From positions 116,862 to 180,861 of IMG/VR virus record IMGVR_UViG_3300008110_000034: a stretch of 64,000 nt of DNA. One strand, 5' to 3'. The stretch's first letter is position 1. Each line of letters opens with the position of its first letter. The DNA is from a virus. A model generated the notes under the pieces. The model worked only from the letters and a program-made list of their open reading frames with translations, was not told where the DNA came from and made no database searches. The position numbers were made by a program, and so were the translations under genes. Below are positions 9,783-19,983 of this stretch, in pieces.

Positions 9783-11363
9783 ATGGCAACAGCAGATTTT
9801 AGAGTCAAAAATGGCCTTGTGGTCAACGAAAAACTTCAGGTTCTGTCTTCAACAGATTCTACAAGTGCGTCAGATACAGCAGCCGCGGTATATTCCCCAG
9901 GTGGCGCCGCAATAACAAAAAAATTATTTGTAGGTACAGATTTTCAAACTAACGGCACTACTATTAATTTAGGAACCAGCACAGGCAGTGCTACTACGAC
10001 TACAGTAGGCGGCGCAATTACTGGCAACATTTTAAAAATTGCCAGTACAACATCAGGCACTGCAAATCTTACCACAGATGTAACTACTGGTACAATTAAT
10101 CTTTTTGCATCTTCTACTAATCAAATTGTTTTAGGATCAACCGGTGCAGTAAAACTACCGGTTGGTACTAACGCCAATCAACCAACAGGCGCTAACGGTC
10201 TAATAAGATACAACACTGATAAAACTTCTTATGAAGTGTATAACAGCACTGCCTGGTTTAAACAATTTGACGGCAAAAATTTTGTAACTACATCAACAAG
10301 CACGCCTACTACACCAGATGTTGGACAAATATGGTTTGATAGTTCTGATGAAAAAATATATCAAAGATTTAATGACGGCACAAGTAGTTTTTGGGTAGAA
10401 ACTGGGGGAGCTGCCGGAGCTAGCAGCAGTAACATAGCAAGTGCATTAGTGTTAAGAGATGCTTCGGGTAACTTTGCAGCAGGAACCATTAGTGCAGCAT
10501 TAAGTGGTAATGCTACTTCTGCTACCAATGTACAAGGTGGCGCTGCAGGCAGCCTACCTTATAATACTGCATCAAGTACCAGCACATTTTTAGGCATTGG
10601 CGGCGCAAATACAGTTTTGCAAAGCACAGGCACAGCACCGCAGTGGACTAATACACTTACTTTGTCCGGCGGAGTTACAGCAGCTTCTGTAACGGCTACA
10701 ACTAATTTTCAAGTTGGCACCGGAGTTGCTACAAGAACACTGACTGCTGATAGCATAGGAAGATTAACTTTAAGATTTGATGATAACAGTTTAAATTATC
10801 CAATTACTATTCAAAATAGAGGTATTAGCGCAGTTGGTCACGGCACTGGAATATTATTTCAAATAGCAAATGGTGGAGGTACTGCTGTTAATGCTGCAAG
10901 TATTGAAATATTGACAGAACAAACATCTTTTACTGGATCAACAGCAGATGCAAGTTTTGTGATAAAAACTGCACAAGACGGTGTGTTAACTGAAAGATTC
11001 AGGATTGACTCTGCTGGTAATGTTACTTTTGCGGCCAGTATTACTACAGTTTCAGTTAGTTTAGGTGTAGCTGCGAACAGTACTACTCAAGGATCAGCAA
11101 CCGGTTTAACGTCTAATATTAACGTAGTTACTAGCGCAACCGCAGCAGTTAATGATGCTATTAGATTACCATCATCAGCAGCTGGTGCTAGATTTACTAT
11201 CGTTAATAATACCGCAGTTAATTTAAGTCTGTTTCCTGCTGTGGGCGCACAAATTGACGTACAAGGAACTAATATTGCGTTCCCACTTGAAGCAGGCGTT
11301 AAACTTGACTTTGTTTCAGTGTCTACCACACAATGGTACACTCTAAACTCTACATATGCGTAA
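9783..11363 (+). CDS. Tail fibre protein (526 aa)
   Basis: MATADFRVKNGLVV start; KLPVGTNANQP..ANGLIRYNTD..YEVYN and GQIWFDSS fibre modules. Confidence 0.75.
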   Translation: MATADFRVKNGLVVNEKLQVLSSTDSTSASDTAAAVYSPGGAAITKKLFVGTDFQTNGTTINLGTSTGSATTTTVGGAITGNILKIASTTSGTANLTTDVTTGTINLFASSTNQIVLGSTGAVKLPVGTNANQPTGANGLIRYNTDKTSYEVYNSTAWFKQFDGKNFVTTSTSTPTTPDVGQIWFDSSDEKIYQRFNDGTSSFWVETGGAAGASSSNIASALVLRDASGNFAAGTISAALSGNATSATNVQGGAAGSLPYNTASSTSTFLGIGGANTVLQSTGTAPQWTNTLTLSGGVTAASVTATTNFQVGTGVATRTLTADSIGRLTLRFDDNSLNYPITIQNRGISAVGHGTGILFQIANGGGTAVNAASIEILTEQTSFTGSTADASFVIKTAQDGVLTERFRIDSAGNVTFAASITTVSVSLGVAANSTTQGSATGLTSNINVVTSATAAVNDAIRLPSSAAGARFTIVNNTAVNLSLFPAVGAQIDVQGTNIAFPLEAGVKLDFVSVSTTQWYTLNSTYA

Positions 11364-11395
11364 CTTATATCAATAAATAACGGAGAATTAAAAAA

Positions 11396-11569
11396 ATGGC
11401 ATTCCCAACAACACCTACAAATGGACAACAATATACCAGTAACGGTATTATATATCAATATAACAGCACTAAAGGGGCGTGGCAGGCACTAAACACTGCT
11501 AGCACCACCCAATTTAATGAATATATTCAGACGCAGAGTTTAACTTATAGTGTAGTTTTTGGAGTATAA
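11396..11569 (+). CDS. 57-aa stand-alone fibre module protein (absent from the supplied ORF track)
   Basis: Translated by hand: MAFPTTPTNGQQYTSNGIIYQYNSTKGAW...YSVVFGV; upstream TAAATA and GGAG SD. Confidence 0.75.
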   Translation: MAFPTTPTNGQQYTSNGIIYQYNSTKGAWQALNTASTTQFNEYIQTQSLTYSVVFGV

Positions 11570-11579
11570 AGGATAAAAA

Positions 11580-14500
11580 ATGGCAAGAACAAGAATTTAT
11601 AATTATGTGTTTACTCCAGGCGGAGCCGGTTCAGGTACTGTTAAGCTTCCCGGTAGAGTGTACTTAGGTGATCTGTTATTAATTACCAATTCAGTAACCG
11701 GTACAATCCTATACAATTTTAGCGACCCAACTAAAGGCGGTGTAATAAGCTTTAGTGGTACAGATACCTCGTTAACTGATGAAGGTGCAACTACACTAAC
11801 ATTAGATGTCAGTACTACTGGTCAAAGTAGCAGCGATGCTCTACAAATTTTTGTAGAAGCTGCAACATTATCAACATCTCCATCTGAAACGTTTCAAGAT
11901 CCGGTACAAAAACTACGTGTCAGTACTCCACAGTCTATTATTGATACTGACTTTGAATATGGTATTCAGGCAATTAAATGGGAGTTCTTAGGTCTTAATA
12001 ACAACACTCCAGCTTATTATGTAAGAACATCAGATAGCCCATTAATTGTTTCAGATATGGGAGCCGGTGAATTAATTAACCCAACTGGACTTGTTGGCGC
12101 TGGTACAACCACAGTCACAGTATCAATTGCCAGTGCTAGAAATGTTCCAACAGGCTCTACAGTCTACATTTTTAATACGTCAGCAACAGCAGCTAACGGT
12201 GTATTTACTGTACTTTCAGGCGGCGCCAGCGTTACTAGTTTTACTTATACTGCTACTGCTACAGTTACAGCAGGATCAAAGTATCAAAGTACTACAAGGG
12301 TAGGTATTACCAGTGCAAATGGTACAAACGTACATTTCAAAACTACAGCCGATATCAGTCTTACAGGATTAAATGTCAATATTGGACAGCCAATTAACGT
12401 GCAAGAATCTGGAAACGAAACTCTAGCAGACGGTAGTTTTTTAGTTCAGTCAGTCGATCAAGATGCTAAGATTGTCAGTTATGAATCTAGAGGAACTTTA
12501 ACTGCATCGTCAAATTTCAGTAATGCATTTACTACTGTTTATATTGGTAGATTTTACGGAGAATTATTAGCAGGCTCAGCTATACCATTGATTCGTCAGT
12601 CTAGTGCAGCAGTTGGCGGAATTACTGCTAACGGTACAACCACCGTAACAGTTAACACTCTTGGCCCTCATAATTTATATGTATCAAGTCCAGTTTTTAT
12701 CACTGGATGCACTAATGAAGAAGCCAACGGTCCATTTACAGTTCAAACTATTCCTACTGCTACGTCATTTACTATTACAACGGCAAACACTATTACTTCA
12801 GGAGTTATCAGTCAGGGAGCTGTGCAGGCGTTTCCATTAGGAACACAGGTATATGCTAGACCAGATGCAAACATTAATCATAGATTCTCAGACGGCGGTG
12901 TTCAAATAAGAACATCAAACAACGTAATTGGGCAACAAGCAATTAGACAAACTCGTAGATATTTCCGTTATCAATCTGGTAAAGGTATACAATTTTCTAC
13001 AGCCTGTTTGTTCAAGCCAGCATTTGATGTTTCTAATATAACAGCCTCAGGAAACGTAGCCACAGTGACTACAGAAGTAGACCACGGTTTAAATATTGGT
13101 GCTACTATCAAAGTAGAAGGTATAACAGTAAGTTCAGGTGTAGATTATTACACAGGAGAATGGCCAGTTGCTTCAGTTACTGGTAGTAAAACTTTTACCT
13201 ATGTAATGACCGGCGGTACTCCAACCGATACACAACCTAGAGTAACTGAAAAAGTAACAGTGGTACAGGCAGCAGGATTAACCACAAGAACAGGTCTATT
13301 TGATGAACAAAACGGCTTCTTTTTTGAATATTCAGGATCAAATAACACTCTTTATGCTGTTAGAAGAAATTCAACTACACAACTTAGAGGTACATTAACA
13401 GTATTAACAGGTTCGGCTCGTGTTGATGGTACTGGAACTTTGTTTAATGAAGACTTGCGAGTAGGAGATTACATCGTAATCAAAGGAGCTAGTTATCAAG
13501 TCAGTAGAATCGTAAGTGCAACCGCTATGGATATTAGTCCAGCATACCGAGCACCAACTCCGGCAGCTGTTAGTGGCGCAACAGGACAATTATTATCCAG
13601 TGCTGGAATTACTGCTGTTTCCGGTTCAGCAACAACCACAGTTAATACTAGAGCAGCACATAAATTAAGCGCAAGTAATCGAGTGTTTATCTATAATTCT
13701 GCATTACCAACAATTAACGGTGAAGCTACAGTAGTTACTACACCAACCACAACTTCGTTTACTGTAAACGCAGCAGCCAACAGCCCAGTAACTGGACTAG
13801 TTTCTAACTATACTACATTAACAGGAACACTAAGTGCTGGTTCTAACCAAGTTACTAGTGTAACCCCTCTTGCTTCAGGAACATTAGGTAGTATTGTAGG
13901 ACAAATACTACAAAACGGTAATCTTGATGCAGGAACTTATGTTCAAGCAATCACCGGCGGCGGCATCACTACTGGTACTGCAGGCATTACTATATCTAAC
14001 GCTGGTTCAGGATATAGAAATAACCAGCGTTACAATAACGTATTGTTAAGAAATGTTACAGCTACAGGTAGCGGAGCTAGAGCAACTATTAGAACAAATA
14101 GCTCAGGAGCAGTTGACAGTGTTAATATAACCTTATCTGGATCTAGTTATGCAACTGGCACCACAGTAACAGCATTGTCAAGCGACATTGGCGGCACTGG
14201 TAGCGGACTAGTAATTACTATTAATAGTATTACGGCTGGTACGGTAGTTATGAATAAACCAGCCATAAGTAGCTCTGCCGGAGCAACTATTGGTATTGAA
14301 GGCGCTCGAGTATATAGTCAAGAAACTAACGTTAGGTATAGTAAAACAATTGATGCAAGAGTACCTACTAGCCTATGGAATATTGATAGAGTAGACGGTA
14401 CTGGACCAAGCGGATATGTGATAAATCTAAATAAAATACAGATGATCTACATTGACTATCAGTGGTACGGTGCTGGGTATATTAGATTTGGTATGAGAGC

Positions 14501-15686
14501 AAAGACTGGTGAGGTTTACTACTGTCATAAGTTTTTACACAATAACTTCTTAACAGAAGCTTATATGAGATCAGGTAACGTACCTGGAAGATTTGAAGTG
14601 AGCACACTTCCACCAAAAACTTATCTAACAGCAGATCTGTTATCTGGCGCATCTTCTATGACTGTAAACAGTACATCAGATTTTCCTTCAGCAGGGCGGG
14701 TGCTAGTAGATCAAGAATATATTGATTATACTGGTAAAACTAATACATCTCTTACTGGTTTAACAAGAGGAGTTGCCGGAGGCAGCGCAGCAGCACTGCA
14801 TACTGGTACACTGGCATCATCAACTGGACAGGCCACGGTACTGCTAACAACTCAACAGTGCGCTCCCGCACTAAGTCATTGGGGTGTTTCAGTTATTATG
14901 GATGGTAGATTTGATGATGATGCTTCTTATATTTTTACTACCCCTAAGCAAAGTGCAAGTACAGTTAGTCCCGGTGTTGCTACCCCAATCATGAGTATTA
15001 GAACAGCACCTAGTGTAGATAGTGGAACTCCAAGACCCTACGGTGTAAGAAATTTACTTAATAGAATGCAATTGAAATTAAATTCATTAGGTATCTACGC
15101 TAATGCTCCGCTGCTAGTTCAAGTTAAGTTGAATTGTTTTAGTCCGGTGTTTAGGAACGAGTCCTGGTTAGTTGACCCAGTTGGTTCAAACAGCCTTAGC
15201 CAAGTTATATATCATGGAACTAGCGATGTTGTAACAGGCGGCGATCTAGTGTTTGCGTATTACACTGAATCAACAAATCCTGATTCTTACGCAGCTTCAA
15301 CAGTAGATTTAACTAAAGTTAAAGACTTAGGTACTAGTATTATTTCAGGTGACGGTGTGTTTCCGGATGGTCCTGAGGTCTTAACTATATTCGTTACTAA
15401 TCTAGGAACCAGCGTTACTACATCAACATCTAGTAACCCGGTAAGCGGGTCGTTTGCTCTAGTTGTTGGTGACGGTACGGACTTGGAGCCAGGATTAGTA
15501 GTTAACTCTGGTGCAACAGCAGCTAGCGTGTCATCTAACGCAAAAATTGTAAACTTAAATATCAATGCCGCAAGCTTTACAGTTAATCTAAGTAAACCAA
15601 ATACAGGAACAACCGGGGGTAACGTAACTTTTGAACAGGTTGCTAACGTATTTGCTCGTTTATCATGGACAGAAGCGCAGGCTTAA
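11580..15686 (+). CDS. Large virion structural / fibre protein (1368 aa)
   Basis: DPVQKLRVSTPQSIIDTDFEYG motif, T/S/G-rich, repeated HxL beta-barrel units, lectin-like insert (QTRRYFRYQSGKG...IDYQWYGAG). Confidence 0.75.
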   Translation: MARTRIYNYVFTPGGAGSGTVKLPGRVYLGDLLLITNSVTGTILYNFSDPTKGGVISFSGTDTSLTDEGATTLTLDVSTTGQSSSDALQIFVEAATLSTSPSETFQDPVQKLRVSTPQSIIDTDFEYGIQAIKWEFLGLNNNTPAYYVRTSDSPLIVSDMGAGELINPTGLVGAGTTTVTVSIASARNVPTGSTVYIFNTSATAANGVFTVLSGGASVTSFTYTATATVTAGSKYQSTTRVGITSANGTNVHFKTTADISLTGLNVNIGQPINVQESGNETLADGSFLVQSVDQDAKIVSYESRGTLTASSNFSNAFTTVYIGRFYGELLAGSAIPLIRQSSAAVGGITANGTTTVTVNTLGPHNLYVSSPVFITGCTNEEANGPFTVQTIPTATSFTITTANTITSGVISQGAVQAFPLGTQVYARPDANINHRFSDGGVQIRTSNNVIGQQAIRQTRRYFRYQSGKGIQFSTACLFKPAFDVSNITASGNVATVTTEVDHGLNIGATIKVEGITVSSGVDYYTGEWPVASVTGSKTFTYVMTGGTPTDTQPRVTEKVTVVQAAGLTTRTGLFDEQNGFFFEYSGSNNTLYAVRRNSTTQLRGTLTVLTGSARVDGTGTLFNEDLRVGDYIVIKGASYQVSRIVSATAMDISPAYRAPTPAAVSGATGQLLSSAGITAVSGSATTTVNTRAAHKLSASNRVFIYNSALPTINGEATVVTTPTTTSFTVNAAANSPVTGLVSNYTTLTGTLSAGSNQVTSVTPLASGTLGSIVGQILQNGNLDAGTYVQAITGGGITTGTAGITISNAGSGYRNNQRYNNVLLRNVTATGSGARATIRTNSSGAVDSVNITLSGSSYATGTTVTALSSDIGGTGSGLVITINSITAGTVVMNKPAISSSAGATIGIEGARVYSQETNVRYSKTIDARVPTSLWNIDRVDGTGPSGYVINLNKIQMIYIDYQWYGAGYIRFGMRAKTGEVYYCHKFLHNNFLTEAYMRSGNVPGRFEVSTLPPKTYLTADLLSGASSMTVNSTSDFPSAGRVLVDQEYIDYTGKTNTSLTGLTRGVAGGSAAALHTGTLASSTGQATVLLTTQQCAPALSHWGVSVIMDGRFDDDASYIFTTPKQSASTVSPGVATPIMSIRTAPSVDSGTPRPYGVRNLLNRMQLKLNSLGIYANAPLLVQVKLNCFSPVFRNESWLVDPVGSNSLSQVIYHGTSDVVTGGDLVFAYYTESTNPDSYAASTVDLTKVKDLGTSIISGDGVFPDGPEVLTIFVTNLGTSVTTSTSSNPVSGSFALVVGDGTDLEPGLVVNSGATAASVSSNAKIVNLNINAASFTVNLSKPNTGTTGGNVTFEQVANVFARLSWTEAQA

Positions 15687-15687
15687 T

Positions 15688-15984
15688 ATGTTTGATAATT
15701 TTAGTTTAGACAACGAATTAGAAGTGCTTAAATCTTTTATGCCAGCAGCATTAAAAGAAGGGGCACTTCTAGTAGAATTTAAAGAAAATTTAGATCAAGA
15801 TATTTCTAAAGCATCAGTATTGACGTTGAATGAAGAAGAAACTGTAGGTTCAATGCCAGAAGAAAATCAAGACGATTGTGGTACTTGGTGTTTTAATTTA
15901 AAAAGAAGATATTGGATGTGGCTTAGTTATAAAGATATTGAAGCTGTACAACCTTGGCCGTTGATAGATTCTGAATTACAATAA
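15688..15984 (+). CDS. Small hypothetical protein, possibly SH3/Sm-like (WYL_2-type) fold
   Basis: Likely start ATG 15688, just after the upstream stop; LKEGALLVEF...WCFNLKRRYW pattern. Confidence 0.5.
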   Translation: MFDNFSLDNELEVLKSFMPAALKEGALLVEFKENLDQDISKASVLTLNEEETVGSMPEENQDDCGTWCFNLKRRYWMWLSYKDIEAVQPWPLIDSELQ

Positions 15985-16425
15985 ATCCATAATATCAAAC
16001 ACTGCCTCTAATTTAATTCTTAGAGTTTTATTAGCAAGACTATTCCTTAGTCCTTGATGTAAAGGCTTCGGAGTGTGGTCTAAGTTGGTCCACGCCCAGG
16101 CCATATGTTCACTGCTGAGATCAGGAATAAATTCGTCTTCAATTACACAAAGATATGTGTAAAAATTAAAAAGATTATCGTTACTTACAAATTTTTCCAA
16201 AGGAATAGTTTTAAGTATACTAGGCAAAAAACCAATTTCTTCTTGAATTTCTCTTTGAAGTCCCTGCCAAGCAGACTCGTCCTGAGTAGTTGTACCGCCT
16301 ACTAATCCCCATATTCCACGATGCTTTCCTGTGGCCTTTTGTATCAGTAAAAATCTTTTAGTAGATTTAGCATAAAATAGTGCTCCTGAGCAAACTATTT
16401 TTTCTGTCACAGCTCTAATCTCCAT
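15976..16425 (-). CDS. NUDIX hydrolase (start may be GTG at 16410)
   Basis: Nudix box WGLVGG...ESAWQGLQREIQEEIG; SEHMAWAW; GTGA overlap with the upstream stop. Confidence 0.9.
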   Translation of the reverse strand: MEIRAVTEKIVCSGALFYAKSTKRFLLIQKATGKHRGIWGLVGGTTTQDESAWQGLQREIQEEIGFLPSILKTIPLEKFVSNDNLFNFYTYLCVIEDEFIPDLSSEHMAWAWTNLDHTPKPLHQGLRNSLANKTLRIKLEAVFDIMDLL

Positions 16426-17867
16426 TTACCCGCAGTATACTCGCCTTCAAATGATTTGACCCAACTTATGCCATTCCATTTGTATTGAACGCCTGGGCCG
16501 TTGGCAAAAAGATTAGTTTGGTATACAATGTAATCTGAGCTTGCTGCCGCCGAAAAAACAATGTGCCAGTGTTCACCGTCCCATTCAATTATATCATTTT
16601 CTTCAGCTATAAAATCGGTATTGTCTAAATTTTTCCATGCATCAGGACCGTCTTCGTTGTCTATAGATCCTATGTTCTCTAGTATCAAGTATCTTGTACC
16701 AGATATAGGATTGTTTGGCCCTGATCTTGTAGGGTCAACAATTGCATCAAATGTTCCTCTTGATATACTCGAATTAAATTCAGTGTCTATACCTTCAATA
16801 AATCCGTTAGAATCAATTCTAGTGTTAGTATTAAACGTATCAGTATCCCAATTAATACTTAAAACACTTTCGTCAAGCGGATTAACTGCAATAGTTCCCC
16901 GTACTTCGTTACCATCATCTTGAACTAAAACAATAGTACTAACATCTGCTCGATATTTTCCTGGATATTGATCTAATAATTTTCTCCAGTTAATATCCTC
17001 GCCTAGTTTTAATGGAATTTCAACCTGAGTATTTGTAGCTGTAATAGCCTCAGACTGATCTAATATTTTAGCTTCACCATTAAACACTACTATACCAAAT
17101 TGACTAGGAGCATAAAATACTTTAAACAATATATCTCCAAATGCTGGAGCAGGCTGATTGAGGTCTGTACCTAGCCCATCAATATAATCGCCGCCAACAT
17201 CAGTGAATCCCCCAGTTACATTCATAACAATATTAGTAATAACACCAAGCCGCTTTACTTTAGATGGTGGGCTTATAAAGATTGGAGTAGATAATTCTAG
17301 TGTAGCAATATCTATATTAGATTCTGCACCAACCGGTATTGAACGATTTGAAAATGTAATATTATTCAAATCAACTACGCTTAAACTAGTCCAGTCAATA
17401 TAGTTGTCTGTGGTCTGTATTTCTAGACTAGGATTGAACAGCATTAAAATCTGTTCCATAATTTGCAGTTTTTGATCAGTGTTAGCACTCCATATGTCTG
17501 CTTTGAAACTAAGTTTATAAGGAGTAGGCATTAATCGCTCTACAGTGTAATTTCTTCCTTGAGTACTAGTGTAAACACCATCTTCTACATCTCTTTCTCT
17601 AATGTGCATTTTGCCTACATAAGTAGCATCTGCTAATCTATTTCTATCTAGTTCTAGTGCAGTGATATAAACAGCGATCCTTGGAGCAGAATTTACTACA
17701 TTTTCACTGTTTTGACGCATGATAGTAGCTACTTGTCTATCAGGATCTCCGTACATTACGGGAACTTGAACTAAAGTACCGTCGCTGTATTTTACAGTAA
17801 AATTAGAAAGTAATCTAATAACCTGTGTTAAGTATCGTCTTATTTGTCCGTCGTAAAAATGCAACAT
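16407..17867 (-). CDS. gp15: Tail terminator / sheath stabiliser gp15-like with C-terminal extension
   Basis: HFYDGQIRRY, VPVMYGDP, MPTPYKLSF...LQIMEQILMLFNP are gp15 motifs; extra ~250 aa C-terminal. Confidence 0.75.
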   Translation of the reverse strand: MLHFYDGQIRRYLTQVIRLLSNFTVKYSDGTLVQVPVMYGDPDRQVATIMRQNSENVVNSAPRIAVYITALELDRNRLADATYVGKMHIRERDVEDGVYTSTQGRNYTVERLMPTPYKLSFKADIWSANTDQKLQIMEQILMLFNPSLEIQTTDNYIDWTSLSVVDLNNITFSNRSIPVGAESNIDIATLELSTPIFISPPSKVKRLGVITNIVMNVTGGFTDVGGDYIDGLGTDLNQPAPAFGDILFKVFYAPSQFGIVVFNGEAKILDQSEAITATNTQVEIPLKLGEDINWRKLLDQYPGKYRADVSTIVLVQDDGNEVRGTIAVNPLDESVLSINWDTDTFNTNTRIDSNGFIEGIDTEFNSSISRGTFDAIVDPTRSGPNNPISGTRYLILENIGSIDNEDGPDAWKNLDNTDFIAEENDIIEWDGEHWHIVFSAAASSDYIVYQTNLFANGPGVQYKWNGISWVKSFEGEYTAGKWRLEL

Positions 17868-17868
17868 A

Positions 17869-19170
17869 TTAGAAGTCTGCCCTAGGTTTTAATGTCTTAC
17901 TTAATGCCTGTCTTTCAGGTATATCATCTCCGGCTATTTGGCTTACCTTAGTGTTATTAATAAATCCTGTTTTTTGTGTTGTTCGATTGTTAGTATTAGT
18001 CATAGTCATTCTAACATTATCTTCGAACTTCACCCATCTAGATCCATCATATCTAAACAACCGATTAGGCATAAAATCTGTTCTTAAGAAATAATCCTCT
18101 TTACTTGGAGCACTAGGAAATTTAATACCGTGGCCAAAAGCATGACCATTAGGAGGAATACCGTCGCCTAATAGATAACCAGTATATCCTTCTCTTTCTG
18201 GTCGTTTAGTTATTGAACTAGCATCGGGATTACTAATAGCATCGCTTACATCTAATTGCGTACTATCTACTGTCTCCAATGCTGGCTTACCTTGATCATC
18301 AACAGTGAGTGTATAGAATTGTTGAGTCTCATATCCGCTTAACGGAGCATCTGCTTCTGCTTGTTCAATAACCGCAGCGTTGATTTCTAATTCTTTAGCA
18401 CGAGTACTTAAGATATTTTGTAATGTTGTGCCAGAGTATAACGTAAAATAATTGGTATCAGGTGGTAAGTTGCCAGTTGTTTCTGCAACCACAGTATACA
18501 ACGACCCCTGATACCTTACGATTTGACCAGGCTTATAAGTAACTGTTGGATCTAAATCTCCTTCAAAGTTAGCATCAGTATCAGTAGGAGAATTTAAAAT
18601 ATCAGAAAACTGCTGAGAGTCAACTATCTTCTTTAACTTTAATCTGTATAAATGCGGATACCATGTCATTGAAAAGCCACTAGATTCTCTAGCTACATCT
18701 TCTACAACATAATATCGAGGTAGACTTACATCAAAGTCATTTAATGCAAATTCGTCTCTAAGATGAGGCAATTCAACGACATCCCCGCTAATAGGTTTTC
18801 TTCCTATGGTCTTTATAAAATCGTTAATGTGTATTGACATGAATAATGTATCATTATCAATGAATAATCCAAATTGACTTAAATTAAAATCTAAGTTTTG
18901 TACGTTATAAACGCCTCTTATTCTATAGATACTTGAATCGTATTTTCTATCACGATTTTCAAGTAACAGTAAATCTTGAATATTTGCAACCCCTACGTTT
19001 GCATAATGAGGCTGATCAGCAGTAGCATCCTCAACTGGGGTATTTTTTGGACCTAAGTATTTGTGCAAGTAAAGGTCAGTTCCGCCAATCTGAAACATCT
19101 CAGAAATTGAGCGATCAATAAATTTATAATCTTGTCCTTTTTCAGGACGATAAAGGCTTAGTCGAGGCAT
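17869..19170 (-). CDS. gp14: Neck protein gp14-like with inserted domain(s)
   Basis: Likely start MPRLSLY at 19170; FNLSQFGLFI..D.LFMSIH, KPISGDVVELP gp14-like motifs; divergent from gp13. Confidence 0.65.
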   Translation of the reverse strand: MPRLSLYRPEKGQDYKFIDRSISEMFQIGGTDLYLHKYLGPKNTPVEDATADQPHYANVGVANIQDLLLLENRDRKYDSSIYRIRGVYNVQNLDFNLSQFGLFIDNDTLFMSIHINDFIKTIGRKPISGDVVELPHLRDEFALNDFDVSLPRYYVVEDVARESSGFSMTWYPHLYRLKLKKIVDSQQFSDILNSPTDTDANFEGDLDPTVTYKPGQIVRYQGSLYTVVAETTGNLPPDTNYFTLYSGTTLQNILSTRAKELEINAAVIEQAEADAPLSGYETQQFYTLTVDDQGKPALETVDSTQLDVSDAISNPDASSITKRPEREGYTGYLLGDGIPPNGHAFGHGIKFPSAPSKEDYFLRTDFMPNRLFRYDGSRWVKFEDNVRMTMTNTNNRTTQKTGFINNTKVSQIAGDDIPERQALSKTLKPRADF

Positions 19171-19177
19171 AGTACAA

Positions 19178-19193
19178 TATTTAGCGATAAATA
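19178..19193. promoter_or_regulatory. Bidirectional late promoter TATTTA-GCGA-TAAATA
   Basis: Back-to-back TAAATA cores between divergent gp14 and gp13. Confidence 0.7.
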
Positions 19194-19211
19194 TATACGG
19201 AGATACCATTT

Positions 19212-19982
19212 ATGTTAACTGCTAGTTCATCCAAAGAAGAACGTCAAAACGTCTATAATTATTGCCGCGCTATGCTAGGCGACGGTATGATTGACGTTGA
19301 ACTTGATCCTATACACTACGATACTGCACTAAATCGTGCATTAACAAGATTTAGACAGCGTAGTCCAAACGCTGTAGAAGAAAGTTATTTTTTCTTAGAA
19401 CTAAAACAAGATCAAAATAGCTATAAATTGCCTGATGAAATTGTTGAAGTCCGACAGCTTTTTAGGAGATCCGTGGGATCACGTAGCGGCATGGGTAGCG
19501 GCGGTACCTTGTTTGAGCCGTTTAACTTAGCCTATACAAATACCTATCTTTTAAACGGAACTATGTTGGGTGGTATAGCAACATATGAATTATTTGCACA
19601 GTATCAAGAGCTTGTTGGTAGGATGTTTGGTAGCTATATTGAATACACTTGGAATCCTACTACTAAAATTCTAACTATTTTACAACGCCCTTTCATGGAG
19701 GGTGAAATGATTCTTTGCAGAACATATAATTATAAACCAGATTTTGTGATTATAAATGATTTGTATGCTAAACAATGGATACTTGATTATACTCTAGCAA
19801 ACTGTAAACTTATTCTTGGCGAAGCACGTAGTAAGTTTTCAAGCATTTCTGGACCAACAGGTGGCGGCAATCTTAATGGTGCTGATTTAAAATCAGCAGG
19901 TAAAGAAGAGTTAGAAAAACTAGATAAAGAATTAGAAACATTTATATCCGGCGGCACAGGTTATACATTTATTATTGGTTAA
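19212..19982 (+). CDS. gp13: Neck protein gp13-like
   Basis: LGDGMIDVEL, YTLANCKLILGEARSKF, GGGNLNGADLK motifs. Confidence 0.85.
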   Translation: MLTASSSKEERQNVYNYCRAMLGDGMIDVELDPIHYDTALNRALTRFRQRSPNAVEESYFFLELKQDQNSYKLPDEIVEVRQLFRRSVGSRSGMGSGGTLFEPFNLAYTNTYLLNGTMLGGIATYELFAQYQELVGRMFGSYIEYTWNPTTKILTILQRPFMEGEMILCRTYNYKPDFVIINDLYAKQWILDYTLANCKLILGEARSKFSSISGPTGGGNLNGADLKSAGKEELEKLDKELETFISGGTGYTFIIG

Positions 19983-19983
19983 C

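Noticed and set aside
2629-15565. Many antisense ORFs over the fibre genes (e.g. 3057-3329, 6062-6385, 8753-9463, 11087-11458, 15287-15565)
   Set aside because: Shadow frames of Thr/Ala/Val/Gly-rich sense genes whose codons give few antisense stops; Val/Pro/Leu-biased, no SD or promoter, no motifs
3408-15686. Diversity-generating retroelement or invertible fibre cassette
   Set aside because: No reverse transcriptase or invertase in the window, and no near-identical template/variable repeat pair or inverted recombination sites spotted by eye
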